Below are positions 41,417 through 51,359 of a stretch of 64,000 nt of DNA, one piece after another. Where the stretch lies: positions 923 through 64,922 of the forward strand of contig DATLNJ010000055.1 of assembly GCA_035536815.1 (NCBI GenBank), read 5' to 3'. The notes under the pieces are model-generated. The model had not been told where the DNA came from and ran no database searches. It saw only the letters and a program-made list of their open reading frames with translations. The translations under genes and the position numbers were made by a program. Origin of the DNA: Frankiaceae bacterium. Lineage in GTDB: Bacteria > Actinomycetota > Actinomycetes > BP-191. Within the stretch, counting starts at the first letter, position 1. Every line of letters begins with the position of its first letter.

Positions 41417-41449
41417 GAAGGTCGTCCAGACCCGCAGCCCGGAACGGGG

Positions 41450-44400
41450 GTGAGCACCGTGGCCGACCTCGGCGCGCCGGCGTACCGGCTCGTCCGCACC
41501 GCGCCGCCGCCGCCGTTCGTCCCCGACCTCGACGACGCGCAGGACCGTGTCGTCACCCACGCCGGCGGGCCGCTGCTCGTCCTCGCCGGCCCCGGCACCG
41601 GCAAGACGACGACGCTGGTCGAGGCGGTCGTCAACCGCGTGGACCGCGGCCTCGACCCCGAGCAGGTGCTGGTCCTCACGTTCTCCCGCAAGGCCGCCGA
41701 CGAGCTGCGCGGCCGGATCACCGCCCGGCTCGGGCGGACCGTGACCTCGCCCGCGGCGTGGACGTTCCACTCGTTCTGCTTCGCGCTCGTGCGGGCGTAC
41801 GCGTTTCCCGGCGAGGACCCGCCCCGGCTGCTGTCCGGCGCCGAGCGCGACGTGCGGGTCCGCGAGCTGCTGGCCGGCAACGCCGACGGCGTCGGCACCG
41901 CGTGGCCGGAGTCGTTGCGGCCCGCGCTGCGCACGCTGGGGTTCGCGCGCGAGGTCGCCGACCTGCTCGACCGCGCGCGCGAGCGCGGGCTGTCCGGCCC
42001 CGACCTGACCCATCTCGGCTTCGCGACCGGGCGGGACGCGTGGGTCACCACGGGCGAGTTCATGGAGGAGTACCTCGACGTCCTCGACCTGCGCGGCGAG
42101 GTCGACTACGCCGGGCTGGTCTCGCGCGCCCGCGGCGTGCTGTCCGACCCCGAGGCGCTGGCCGAGGTGCGGGCGCGGTACGCCGCCGTCTTCGTGGACG
42201 AGTACCAGGACACCGACCCGTCCCAGGAGGCGCTGCTCCAGCTGCTGGCCGGCGACGGGCGCGACCTGGTCGTGGTCGGCGACCCCGACCAGTCCATCTA
42301 TGCGTTCCGCGGCGCCGACGTCAGCGGCATCCTCGAGTTCCCCACCCGGTTCCCGACGCCGTCGGGCGAGCGGGCGCCGACGGTGACGCTGCGGGTGTCG
42401 CGGCGGGCGGGGGCGGCGTTGCTGGCGCCGTCCCGCGCGGTGGCCGCCCGGCTGCCCGCGCCGGGGCTGCCGGCGGACGTCGTGCGGGCGCACCGCGACC
42501 TCGTACCGGCGGCGGGTCTCTCGGTCGGAGACGCGACGCCGGACGGCGCGGGCAACGGCGACTCCGCGCCGGACAGCCTGGGCGGCGCCGACTCCGCGCC
42601 GGACGGTACGGGCGGCGGCGTCCCGGCGCCCGACGGCCCCACGCCCGGCGGCCCGGCGCCCGAGATCTGCCTGTTCCCGACGGTGGCCGAGGAGGTCGCG
42701 GCCATCGCCGACCGGCTGCGCCGCGCCCACCTCTACGACGGCCTGCCCTGGTCCTCGATGGCCGTCCTCGTGCGGTGCGGGGTGCGCAGCATCCCGGTGC
42801 TGCGGCGCGCGTTCGCGCAGGCGGGCGTACCGGTGGGCGTCGCCGCCGACGAGGTGCCGGTCGCGCGCGACCCGGCGGTGGCGCCGTTGCTCGCCGCGCT
42901 GCGCGTCGTGGACGACCCGGCCGCGCTCGACGCCGACACCGCGCACCTGCTGCTGCTCTCCCCGCTCGCCAACGCCCTCCCCAGCGGCCTGCGCGTCCTC
43001 GGTCGCCGGCTGCGCGCGCTCGCGCGGGCGGCGGGGGAGACGTTCCCGCCGCCGAGCACCGAGCTGATCCGCGCCGCGCTCGCCGACCGCCGTGACCTCT
43101 CCACCATCGAGGACTGGGCCGCCGACCCGGTACGCCGCCTCGGCCGCCTGCTCGACAAGGCGCGCGCCGCGCTCGACGCGGGCGGCACGCCGGAGGAGGC
43201 CCTGTGGACCCTCTGGCACGACAGCGGGTGGGCCCGCCGGCTGGAGCGGGCGGCCACCTCCGGTGGCAACGGCGCGCGGCAGGCCGACCGTGACCTCGAC
43301 GCCGTCCTCGCGCTGTTCAACGCCGCCGCCCGCCTGGAGGAACGCGAGCCGCGGGCCGGCGTGACCACGCTGCTCGGCGAGCTGGAGGCGCAGCAACTGC
43401 CCGCCTCCGCCCACGAGGAGCGGCCCGCCGCCGCCGACACCGTCCGGCTGCTCACCGCCCACCGGTCCAAAGGCCTGGAGTGGGATCTCGTCGTGGTGGC
43501 CGGCGTGCAGGACGGCATCTGGCCGGACCTGCGGCGCAGCTCGTCGCTGCTCGACGCCGACCTCGTCGGCACGCACGGGCCGCGCCCGCCGGTCACGCCG
43601 GCTCAGCTGCTCGCCGACGAGCGCCGGCTGTTCTACGTCGCCCTCACCCGGGCCCGGCGGCGGCTCGTCGTCACCGCGGTGCAGTCCCTCGACGACGCCG
43701 GCGACCGGCCTAGCCGGTTCCTCGACGAGCTCGGCATCCCCGTTCCGACCGTCGCCGCGCTGGCGGGGACCGAGCTGCTCGCCCGCGGCTCGCTCGTCGC
43801 CCGGCTGCGCCGCGCGGTCCGCGAGCAGGAGCCGCCGCTGGCGGCGGCTGCCGCGCGGCGGCTCGCCGCCCTGGCCGCGCTCGCCGACGCCGACGGCGCG
43901 CCGCTGTTCCCCGGCGCCGACCCCGAGGCTTGGTGGGGCGTCCGCGACCGTACGCCGGGCGCGGCCCCGCTGCGCGACCCCGAGCTGCCGCTCGTCCTGT
44001 CGCCGTCGGCGCTGAAGGCGTTCGAGGAGTGCCCGCTGCGCTGGTTCCTCGAACGCGAGGCGCGCGCCCGCGGCGCCCAGGGCGCGGCCCAGGGGTTCGG
44101 CGTCGTCGTGCACGCGCTCGCGCAACTCGTCAGCGACGGCGTGCTGCCGCCCGACCGCGACGCGCTGCTGGCCCGGCTGGACACCGTCTGGCCGTCGCTC
44201 GGCTTCGAGGCGCCGTGGCACGGCGCCGCCGAACGCCGCGAGGCCGAGCAGACCATCGACCGGCTGCTCGCCTGGCTGCGCAACCGGGGCGACCGCGCGT
44301 TCGTGGCGGCGGAGGCGTCGTTCACCGCCGAGCTCGGCGGCGTCGTGCTGCGCGGCTCCGCCGACCGGCTGGAGGTCGACGCCGACGGCCACGTGCACGT

Positions 44401-44758
44401 CGTCGACTTCAAGACCGGCCGCACGCCGGTCTCCACCGCCGCCGCCGCAGAGGACGCGCAGCTCGGCGCGTACCAGCTCGCCGTCCGCGCCGGCGGGTTC
44501 GAGACGCTGCCCGGCGACGCGGCGGCGGGCGGCGCCGAGCTGGTCTACCTCCGCAAGGGGACCGCGGCCGGCCTCCCGACCACCCGGCGGCAGCCCGCGC
44601 TGCCGGACGCCGAGACGTTCATGGACGAGCTGGTCGCGCACACGGAGCGGGCGGTGCGCGCCGAGGAGTTCCCCGCCCGGCCGAACGAGCGCTGCGGCAG
44701 CTGCGACTTCCGCGGCGCCTGCCCCGCGCAGGCGGCCGGCCGGCAGGTGGTCCCGTGA
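41450..44758 (+). CDS. adnA: helicase-nuclease subunit AdnA-like (UvrD-like motor + RecB-type nuclease with Fe-S Cys set)
   Basis: Walker A AGPGTGKTT, DEYQD, nuclease VVDFKTGR. Cys pattern ECPLRW ... CGSCDFRGAC (C...CxxCx5C). Confidence 0.8.
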   Translation: MSTVADLGAPAYRLVRTAPPPPFVPDLDDAQDRVVTHAGGPLLVLAGPGTGKTTTLVEAVVNRVDRGLDPEQVLVLTFSRKAADELRGRITARLGRTVTSPAAWTFHSFCFALVRAYAFPGEDPPRLLSGAERDVRVRELLAGNADGVGTAWPESLRPALRTLGFAREVADLLDRARERGLSGPDLTHLGFATGRDAWVTTGEFMEEYLDVLDLRGEVDYAGLVSRARGVLSDPEALAEVRARYAAVFVDEYQDTDPSQEALLQLLAGDGRDLVVVGDPDQSIYAFRGADVSGILEFPTRFPTPSGERAPTVTLRVSRRAGAALLAPSRAVAARLPAPGLPADVVRAHRDLVPAAGLSVGDATPDGAGNGDSAPDSLGGADSAPDGTGGGVPAPDGPTPGGPAPEICLFPTVAEEVAAIADRLRRAHLYDGLPWSSMAVLVRCGVRSIPVLRRAFAQAGVPVGVAADEVPVARDPAVAPLLAALRVVDDPAALDADTAHLLLLSPLANALPSGLRVLGRRLRALARAAGETFPPPSTELIRAALADRRDLSTIEDWAADPVRRLGRLLDKARAALDAGGTPEEALWTLWHDSGWARRLERAATSGGNGARQADRDLDAVLALFNAAARLEEREPRAGVTTLLGELEAQQLPASAHEERPAAADTVRLLTAHRSKGLEWDLVVVAGVQDGIWPDLRRSSSLLDADLVGTHGPRPPVTPAQLLADERRLFYVALTRARRRLVVTAVQSLDDAGDRPSRFLDELGIPVPTVAALAGTELLARGSLVARLRRAVREQEPPLAAAAARRLAALAALADADGAPLFPGADPEAWWGVRDRTPGAAPLRDPELPLVLSPSALKAFEECPLRWFLEREARARGAQGAAQGFGVVVHALAQLVSDGVLPPDRDALLARLDTVWPSLGFEAPWHGAAERREAEQTIDRLLAWLRNRGDRAFVAAEASFTAELGGVVLRGSADRLEVDADGHVHVVDFKTGRTPVSTAAAAEDAQLGAYQLAVRAGGFETLPGDAAAGGAELVYLRKGTAAGLPTTRRQPALPDAETFMDELVAHTERAVRAEEFPARPNERCGSCDFRGACPAQAAGRQVVP

Positions 44759-44795
44759 CCCCGCCTCCCGTGACCTCGCCTCCGGGAGCCGCGCC

Positions 44796-47700
44796 GTGAG
44801 GGTCGAGCCGGAGCCGACCGGCGCCTACCTGTGCGAGCTGCTCGACCGGCCGTTCACCCGCGAGCAGCTCGACGTCGCGACACACCCGATGTCGTCGCTC
44901 CTCGTCGTGGCCGGCGCCGGGTCCGGCAAGACCGCGGTGATGGCTGCGCGGGTCGTGCACCTCGTGGCGTTCCACCAGGTGCCGCCGTCGCGGGTGCTCG
45001 GCCTCACCTTCACGAACAAGGCGGCCGCCGAGCTGGCCGAACGCGTCCGCACCGCGCTGCACGCGCTGGCCGGCTGGGGCTGGGAGGCGGAGCTGCTGGA
45101 GGACGACCAGCCGACGGTGGCGACGTACCACGCCTACGCCGCCGCGCTGGTCCGCGACCACGCCCTGCGGATCGGCCGCGAGCCGCAGAGCGAGCTGCTC
45201 ACCGAGGCGACCCGCTGGCAGCTCGCGTCGCGGGTGGTGCGTACGGCGCCCGGCCCGTTCGGGTACCTCACCTGGCAGCCGTCCACAGTCACCGCCAAGG
45301 TCCTCGCGCTCGACGCCGAGCTGTCCGAGCACCTCGTCCCACCCGCGGCGGTCGCGGCCGTTGACACCGACCTCGTGAGAGAGGCGGAGGCGGCGCCGAA
45401 GCAGGTCAAGGACGTCACCACGGCGGCCGACACGGCTCGCGCGCGCGACGAGCTGCTGACGCTGGTCGCGGCGTACCGCGCCCGCAAGGCCGCGCTCGAC
45501 CTCATCGACTTCGGCGACCAGGTCGCGCTCGCGACGCAGATCGCCGAACGCGCCCCCGAGGTCGGCGCCGTCGAACGCGAGCGGTACGCCGCCGTGCTGC
45601 TCGACGAGTACCAGGACACCGGGGTCGCCCAACGCCGCCTGCTCTGCGCGCTGTTCAAGGGCCACCCCGTCACCGCCGTCGGCGACCCGAACCAAGCCAT
45701 CTACGGCTGGCGCGGCGCGTCCGTCGGCAACCTCGCCCGGTTCCCCGAGCACTTCGCGCCCGCGGCCGGCGCCACCGCCGCGACCGGCGCGGCGGTCCGC
45801 GAGACGGCCGGCGACGCCGCGCCCCCGCCGGACCTCGTGCCCACCCGCCAGCTCATGACCAGCTTCCGCTGCGGACCGCGCATCCTCACCGTGGCGGGCG
45901 CCCTGGCCGCCCCGCTCGCCACCTCGCCCGCCGCCGCGCGCCGCCCACCCGTGGACGTGCGCCCGCTCGCCCCGACCGAGGACTGCGCGGACGACCAGGT
46001 CCGCGTCGCGCTGCTGCCTGACGTCGAAGCCGAGGCGCGCTGGGTCGCCCGCACGATCAAGGAGGCGCTGGACGAGCACGGGCTGACGCCGGGCGCCGCC
46101 GCCGTCCTCGTCCGCCGCCGCACCGACTTCTCGCTGCTGCACCGCGAGCTGGTCGACGCCGGCCTGCCGGTCGAGGTCGTCGGCCTCGGCGGGCTGCTGG
46201 AGATGCCCGAGGTCGCCGACGTCGTCGCCACCCTGCGCGTCCTCGCCGACCCGGTCGCGAACCCCGCGCTGATCCGCCTGCTCACCGGCGCCCGCTGGCG
46301 CATCGGCGCGCGCGACCTCGCCGCGCTCGGCCGCCGCGCGTACCGGCTCGCCACCTGGCTCCCCGGCGGCGAGGAGGCCCCCGGCCGGCCGGTCGACCCG
46401 GTCGCCGCCGCGGCCGCCGGGGTGGACCCGAGCGAGGTGGTCTCGCTGATCGACGGCCTGGAGTCGCTCGGCGATCCGGCCGCGTACAGCGAGGAGGCGT
46501 ACGACCGCCTGCGCGCGCTGCGCGCCGAGCTGCACGCGATCCGCGGCAAGATCGGCCAGCCGGTCGTGGACGTCGTGGCCGAGGTCATCGCCAGGACCGG
46601 CCTCGACGTCGAGATCGAGGCGCAGCCCGCCGACCTCGCCGCGGCCCGCGCCGCCAACCTCGCGGCGTTCCTCGACCACGCCGCCCACTTCAACGGCCTC
46701 GACGGCGAGTCCGACCTGCCCGCGTTCCTCGCCTACCTCGACGCCGCCGCCGACGCGGAGAACGGCCTCGACGTCGGCGGCGTCTCCGCGACCAACACGG
46801 TGAAGCTGCTCACCGTCCACAAGGCCAAGGGCCTGGAGTGGCCGGTGGTGGCGGTGCCCGGGCTGGTCGAGAAGGTGTTCCCGTCCGAGCAGGGCCGGCC
46901 GCGCTGGACCAGCCGGGCCGAGGTGCTGCCGTACCGGCTGCGCGGCGACGCCGAGGACCTCCCACCCGACCCCGGGTGGACGACGGCCGGGCTGAAGGCG
47001 TTCAAGGAGGACTGCTCGGCGGAGTCCGCCGACGAGGAACGCCGCCTCGGCTACGTCGCCGTCACCCGCGCCCGCAGCCTGCTGCTGCTGTCCGGCTACT
47101 GGTGGGGCGCGACCCGCCAGCAGGTCTGCGGGCCGTCCACGCTGCTGCTGGAGGCGCGGGACAGCGGCGTGGCCACCGAGGCGGTCTGGGAGGACGCGCC
47201 CGAGGACGACGCCGCCAACCCGGTCCGCTCCGAGCGGGACCGCCCGGTGCCCTGGCCCCCGCCGCCCGACCCGGACGCGCACGCCGAACGCGCCCGCGCC
47301 GCCGCGCTCGTCCGCGCCGCGATGGCCGGCGCGCTGGCCGCGCCCGAGCTGACCGGTGGCGCCGCCCGCCGCGCCGCCGAGTGGGACCGCGAGGCGGAGA
47401 TTCTCACCGTCGAGGCGCGGACCGCGCGGGCCGGCGTCCGCGACGTCCCGCTGCCCGCCCGGCTCACCGCCAGCCAGGTCGTGCTGCTCGGCGAGGACCC
47501 GGACGAGCTGGCCCGCCGCCTGGCCCGGCCGGTGCCGCTGCCGCCGCTGCGCGCGTCCCGGCGCGGCACCCGCTTCCACAAGTGGGTCGAGGAGCTCTGG
47601 GCCCAACGCCCCCTGCTCGGCGACGACGAGCTGCCCGGCGCCGCCGACGGTCCGGCGCTGGACGACGAGGCGCTGGCCGAGCTGCAACGCCGCTTCCTCT

Positions 47701-48059
47701 CTTCGCCGTACGGCACCCGCCGGCCGCACGCGATCGAGGCGCCGTTCGAGCTCGTCGTCGGCGGCCGGACGATTCGCGGCCGGATCGACGCCGTCTACCG
47801 CGACGACGCGGGCCGGTACGACGTCGTGGACTTCAAGACCGGCGAGGTGCCGCGCGACTTCGCGGCGGCGTCGTTGCAGCTCGCCGTCTACCGGCTCGCC
47901 TGGGCCGGCATCGCCGGCGTGGACCCGGCCGAGGTCACCGCCGGCTTCCTCTACGTCCGCACCGGCCTGCTCAAGCGCCCCGAGCGCCTGCTCGACGCCG
48001 GCGAGCTGGCCGCGCTGCTGTCCGGCCCCGCTGTCGGCGCGCAAGGCGCGCTGTTCTGA
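44796..48059 (+). CDS. adnB: helicase-nuclease subunit AdnB-like (UvrD-like motor + RecB-type nuclease, no Fe-S cysteines)
   Basis: Walker A AGAGSGKTA, DEYQDT, TVHKAKGLEW, nuclease RIDAVY...VVDFKTGE. Confidence 0.8.
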   Translation: MRVEPEPTGAYLCELLDRPFTREQLDVATHPMSSLLVVAGAGSGKTAVMAARVVHLVAFHQVPPSRVLGLTFTNKAAAELAERVRTALHALAGWGWEAELLEDDQPTVATYHAYAAALVRDHALRIGREPQSELLTEATRWQLASRVVRTAPGPFGYLTWQPSTVTAKVLALDAELSEHLVPPAAVAAVDTDLVREAEAAPKQVKDVTTAADTARARDELLTLVAAYRARKAALDLIDFGDQVALATQIAERAPEVGAVERERYAAVLLDEYQDTGVAQRRLLCALFKGHPVTAVGDPNQAIYGWRGASVGNLARFPEHFAPAAGATAATGAAVRETAGDAAPPPDLVPTRQLMTSFRCGPRILTVAGALAAPLATSPAAARRPPVDVRPLAPTEDCADDQVRVALLPDVEAEARWVARTIKEALDEHGLTPGAAAVLVRRRTDFSLLHRELVDAGLPVEVVGLGGLLEMPEVADVVATLRVLADPVANPALIRLLTGARWRIGARDLAALGRRAYRLATWLPGGEEAPGRPVDPVAAAAAGVDPSEVVSLIDGLESLGDPAAYSEEAYDRLRALRAELHAIRGKIGQPVVDVVAEVIARTGLDVEIEAQPADLAAARAANLAAFLDHAAHFNGLDGESDLPAFLAYLDAAADAENGLDVGGVSATNTVKLLTVHKAKGLEWPVVAVPGLVEKVFPSEQGRPRWTSRAEVLPYRLRGDAEDLPPDPGWTTAGLKAFKEDCSAESADEERRLGYVAVTRARSLLLLSGYWWGATRQQVCGPSTLLLEARDSGVATEAVWEDAPEDDAANPVRSERDRPVPWPPPPDPDAHAERARAAALVRAAMAGALAAPELTGGAARRAAEWDREAEILTVEARTARAGVRDVPLPARLTASQVVLLGEDPDELARRLARPVPLPPLRASRRGTRFHKWVEELWAQRPLLGDDELPGAADGPALDDEALAELQRRFLSSPYGTRRPHAIEAPFELVVGGRTIRGRIDAVYRDDAGRYDVVDFKTGEVPRDFAAASLQLAVYRLAWAGIAGVDPAEVTAGFLYVRTGLLKRPERLLDAGELAALLSGPAVGAQGALF

Positions 48060-48094
48060 ATGTCCGCCCCTCACCCCCTCGAAGGAGAACTCTC

Positions 48095-48523
48095 GTGAAC
48101 GCCTCCCGCCCCCTCCTCGCCTCCGTCCTCACCGCTGCGGCGCTGGCCGCTCCCGCGGCCGCCGCCCCGCCCGAGATCGGCCAGGACCTCGTCTACCGGG
48201 TGCTCGCGAGCCACCCCGACGGCGGGCTGCACGCCGGCTGCGTGTTCCGCCCGGACCGCTGGACCGCCGACTACGGCCCGACGTACGTCGACGGCTTCGC
48301 CTACGGCGGCGGCGTCCAGCACACCGGCATCACCTGCCGCATCTACTCGTGGGGCCAGCTCGCCGGGGAGGCGTCCGCAGACGCGAACGGCCCGGTGGCG
48401 ACCATCGACAGCGCCCGGCTGGCGCCGGTCGCCGCCCGCCCGTACATCACCGTCTGCGTCGAGGCGTGGACGCAGTACGTCGCCGACTACGGCCAGACCG
48501 TCGCGAACTGCGTCACGCCGTGA
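48095..48523 (+). CDS. small secreted hypothetical protein
   Basis: GAAGGAG RBS, GTG at 48095, signal peptide LLASVLTAAALAAPAAAA. Four Cys in the mature part. Confidence 0.55.
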   Translation: MNASRPLLASVLTAAALAAPAAAAPPEIGQDLVYRVLASHPDGGLHAGCVFRPDRWTADYGPTYVDGFAYGGGVQHTGITCRIYSWGQLAGEASADANGPVATIDSARLAPVAARPYITVCVEAWTQYVADYGQTVANCVTP

Positions 48524-48632
48524 TCACCCGTTAGGCCGGTTGCTTCGGGCGAAATGCCCCGAACGCTCCAGATCGGCACTCCGGACGGCCGACACCACAC
48601 GGAGACCAGCCGCCGACCAGCCTGGAGCCCTC

Positions 48633-50267
48633 ATGACCCGCGCCGCCATCCGCGCCGCCGGCGTCGCGCTGACCGCCGCGCTGCTCGCCGGGGCGCCCGC
48701 CGCCCCGGCGGACGCCGCGGTCAGCCTCACCACCAAGCTGCTCACCTGGGGCGTCATCGGGCTGGACAGCAACAACGTCAACACCGGGCCGGCGCTGTTC
48801 CCGGTCGGCGCCCGGGTCTGCAACACCGGCAGCACCGCCGCCACCGGGCTCACCGCCCGCTTCGTGTGGGACAGCAGCAACCCGTACCTCAACGTCTCCG
48901 GCCCCGCGTCGCTTCCGCTGCCGACCCTCGCCGCCGGCGCGTGCCGCGACGCGTACTTCAACGTCGCCGTCACCCGGACCAGCGCGGCGTACCTCACGGC
49001 GCGCCGGTTCCACATCACGTTCAGCGGCGGCGGCGCGACCCGCTCGACGCCGGTGCGCGAGCTGTACGTCGAGAAGCTCATCTCGCAGAACCGCAACGAG
49101 GTCCTGGGCATCAGCGGCCCGGCCACGATGGTGCTCGGCGAGTCGTACGCGATCACCGTCAGCTCGGAGACCGCGCCCGGCGGCTACGAGCAGGTGGAGA
49201 CGTTCCTCACGCTGCCGACGTCGATCTTCCGGATCGACTCCGTCACGTCGACCGCGAGCGCCGGCGCCTCGCCGGTCAGCCAGCCGTACCTCGACGCCTG
49301 CAACTGGGAGGACGACCCCACCGACCCGGACTACCGGGACTGCCTCGGCACCGGCAAGGCCGGCGGCGCGATGACGACGACGTACCGCGTGACCGTCGTC
49401 GGGCTCGGCAGCGGCACGTCCACCACGCTGGTCTACGACTTCTCGGGGTCCAGCTACCACTACAACACCGACTACGGCGACGCCCCGAACCTCTACACCT
49501 GGCAGACGGTCGCGCCCGACCTGACCGTGACGAAGGCGCACGCGCCGGCCGAGTTCGCCGACGGCGGGACCGGCACGTTCACGCTGACCGTCCGCAACGA
49601 GGGCGCGGCCGCCACCACCGAGCCGATCACGCTCGTCGACACGCTGCCCGCCGGCCTCACCTACGTCTCGGCGTCCGGCGGCCGCTTCACCTGCTCGGCC
49701 GCCGGCCGGGTCGTCACCTGCGTCCGGTCCGCCGCGCTCGCGCCGGGCGCCGCGGCGGTCGTCACGGTCACCGTTCGCGCCGACGTCGCCGCCACGACCA
49801 CCGTCACCAACGTCGTCACGGTCGCGACGCCCAACGACCCGGACCTCACCGACAACCGCGACACCGACACCGTGCGCGTCGTAGTCCCGCCGGCCACCAC
49901 GCCGGGCACCCCCACCACCGACCCCGGCACCGCGCCCGGCACCGCCGACCCGGACACCACGGCGCCGGGCACGCCCGGCAGCGGCGACTCCGGCGCGCTC
50001 CCGCGCACCCCCGGCGGCGCCGCGCCTGGTACCGCCGCCGGCCCCGGCGCGCCCGGCGCCCCGAACATCCCGGGCGCTCCCGGCGGGCCGGCCCAGCCGC
50101 TCCCGACCGGCCCGCTGGCGAAGACCGGCGCGGAGTCGGGCAGCGCGCTGCGGCTGGCGTTCTGGCTGGTCGTCGCGGGCGTGCTGCTGGTCGAGCTCGG
50201 CGTGCCGGGCCCGCGCCTGGTGCCCGAGCTGGCCCGCCGCCGCGCCACCCGCCGCCGTACCCGGTAG
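48633..50267 (+). CDS. cell-wall-anchored surface protein (DUF11-like repeat; LAxTG sortase signal)
   Basis: Signal peptide, then a DUF11-like block PDLTVTKAH...FTLTVRNEGAA...TLVDTLPAGLTYVS...TNVVTV. Pro/Gly/Thr linker. LAKTG + hydrophobic segment + RRRATRRRTR tail. Confidence 0.8.
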   Translation: MTRAAIRAAGVALTAALLAGAPAAPADAAVSLTTKLLTWGVIGLDSNNVNTGPALFPVGARVCNTGSTAATGLTARFVWDSSNPYLNVSGPASLPLPTLAAGACRDAYFNVAVTRTSAAYLTARRFHITFSGGGATRSTPVRELYVEKLISQNRNEVLGISGPATMVLGESYAITVSSETAPGGYEQVETFLTLPTSIFRIDSVTSTASAGASPVSQPYLDACNWEDDPTDPDYRDCLGTGKAGGAMTTTYRVTVVGLGSGTSTTLVYDFSGSSYHYNTDYGDAPNLYTWQTVAPDLTVTKAHAPAEFADGGTGTFTLTVRNEGAAATTEPITLVDTLPAGLTYVSASGGRFTCSAAGRVVTCVRSAALAPGAAAVVTVTVRADVAATTTVTNVVTVATPNDPDLTDNRDTDTVRVVVPPATTPGTPTTDPGTAPGTADPDTTAPGTPGSGDSGALPRTPGGAAPGTAAGPGAPGAPNIPGAPGGPAQPLPTGPLAKTGAESGSALRLAFWLVVAGVLLVELGVPGPRLVPELARRRATRRRTR

Positions 50268-50269
50268 CG

Positions 50270-51349
50270 CTACGGCTCGAGGTTGGTGCAGCCGCGCAAC
50301 GCCGTCCAACGGTCCTTCGCGACCCGCGCCGACGAGCCGGACAGCGGGTGCGGCACGCCGCCGCGGATCTCGGCCGGCGCCCAGTCGTACGAGTCCACCC
50401 GCTGCCCGGTCACCTTCACGGTCAGCACACCGGTCTGCGCGCCGAGGCCCGGGCGGGCGTAGAAGACGAAGTTGCCGAGGCCGTACGCGACGAACGTGTC
50501 GTCGAGCATCCCGGCGCCGAGCAGCACGTGCGCGTGCGCGCCGACGACGATGTCCGCGCCCGCCTTCGACAGCTTCGCCGCGATGTCGTACTGGCGGTCG
50601 ATCGGGCAGGCGCTGCGCTCGCGCCCCCAGTGCAGGTAGACGACGACGGTGTCCGACGTCTCGCGCGCCGCCCGCACCGCCGCGAGCAGCTCCGCCTCCT
50701 GGTACGCCGACGCCATCCCCGGCTTGTCCGGCCCGGCGGTCCACGCCGACGCGAGGTTGGAGTCGAGCACGTGGCTGGCGCCGAGAAACGCCAGCCGCTG
50801 CCCGTTGACGGTCGTCCGCCACGGCGCGAACGCCTGCCGCGCGTTCAGGCCGACGCCGACCACAGGGAACTTCGCCGCGCCCGCCGCCGCGAGCGAGTCG
50901 CGCAGGCCGGTGACGCCGTAGTCCAGGCCGTGGTTGTTCGCCATCGACACGACGTCCACGCCGGCCCGCCGCAACGCGCCGAACGCCGACGCCGGCGCCC
51001 GGAACGTGTACGCCTTGGGCGCCGGCTCGCCGCGCCCGGTGATCGCGCTCTCCAGGTTCACCATCGTCACGTCGGCGTTCGACAGCAGCGGCGTGATCGG
51101 CGCCAGCCCGCCGGACAGCGCCGAGCGCGACGCGCCCTCGAAGTGCACGTCGCCGCCGAACGCGATCGTCACGCTCTTGCCGCTGCCGAGCGGACCGCGG
51201 GTGGGCGACGGCGGCGCCGGCGGCGACGTCGACACGACGGGAGCCGACGACGACACCGGCGGCGTCGTGGGGGAGGGCGCCGTCGCCGGCGAGCCCTCCC
51301 GGCACGCGACGAGCGCGAGCATGCCGACGACGGCGAACGACTTACGCAT
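50270..51349 (-). CDS. CapA-family (PGA-synthesis/metallophosphatase-like) lipoprotein
   Basis: Lipobox LALVAC. FGGDVHF...VNLE...ANNHGLDYG...HWG...VVGAHAHV. Confidence 0.85.
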   Translation of the reverse strand: MRKSFAVVGMLALVACREGSPATAPSPTTPPVSSSAPVVSTSPPAPPSPTRGPLGSGKSVTIAFGGDVHFEGASRSALSGGLAPITPLLSNADVTMVNLESAITGRGEPAPKAYTFRAPASAFGALRRAGVDVVSMANNHGLDYGVTGLRDSLAAAGAAKFPVVGVGLNARQAFAPWRTTVNGQRLAFLGASHVLDSNLASAWTAGPDKPGMASAYQEAELLAAVRAARETSDTVVVYLHWGRERSACPIDRQYDIAAKLSKAGADIVVGAHAHVLLGAGMLDDTFVAYGLGNFVFYARPGLGAQTGVLTVKVTGQRVDSYDWAPAEIRGGVPHPLSGSSARVAKDRWTALRGCTNLEP

Positions 51350-51359
51350 GTGCCCCACC

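Noticed and set aside
41355-41449. LexA (SOS) box upstream of adnAB and, similarly, upstream of uvrD2, ku and ligD
   Set aside because: No TCGAAC-N4-GTTCGA-like palindrome is visible in these intergenic regions. TCGAAC strings seen elsewhere (e.g. near 1801 and 44048) are inside coding sequence without the partner half-site.
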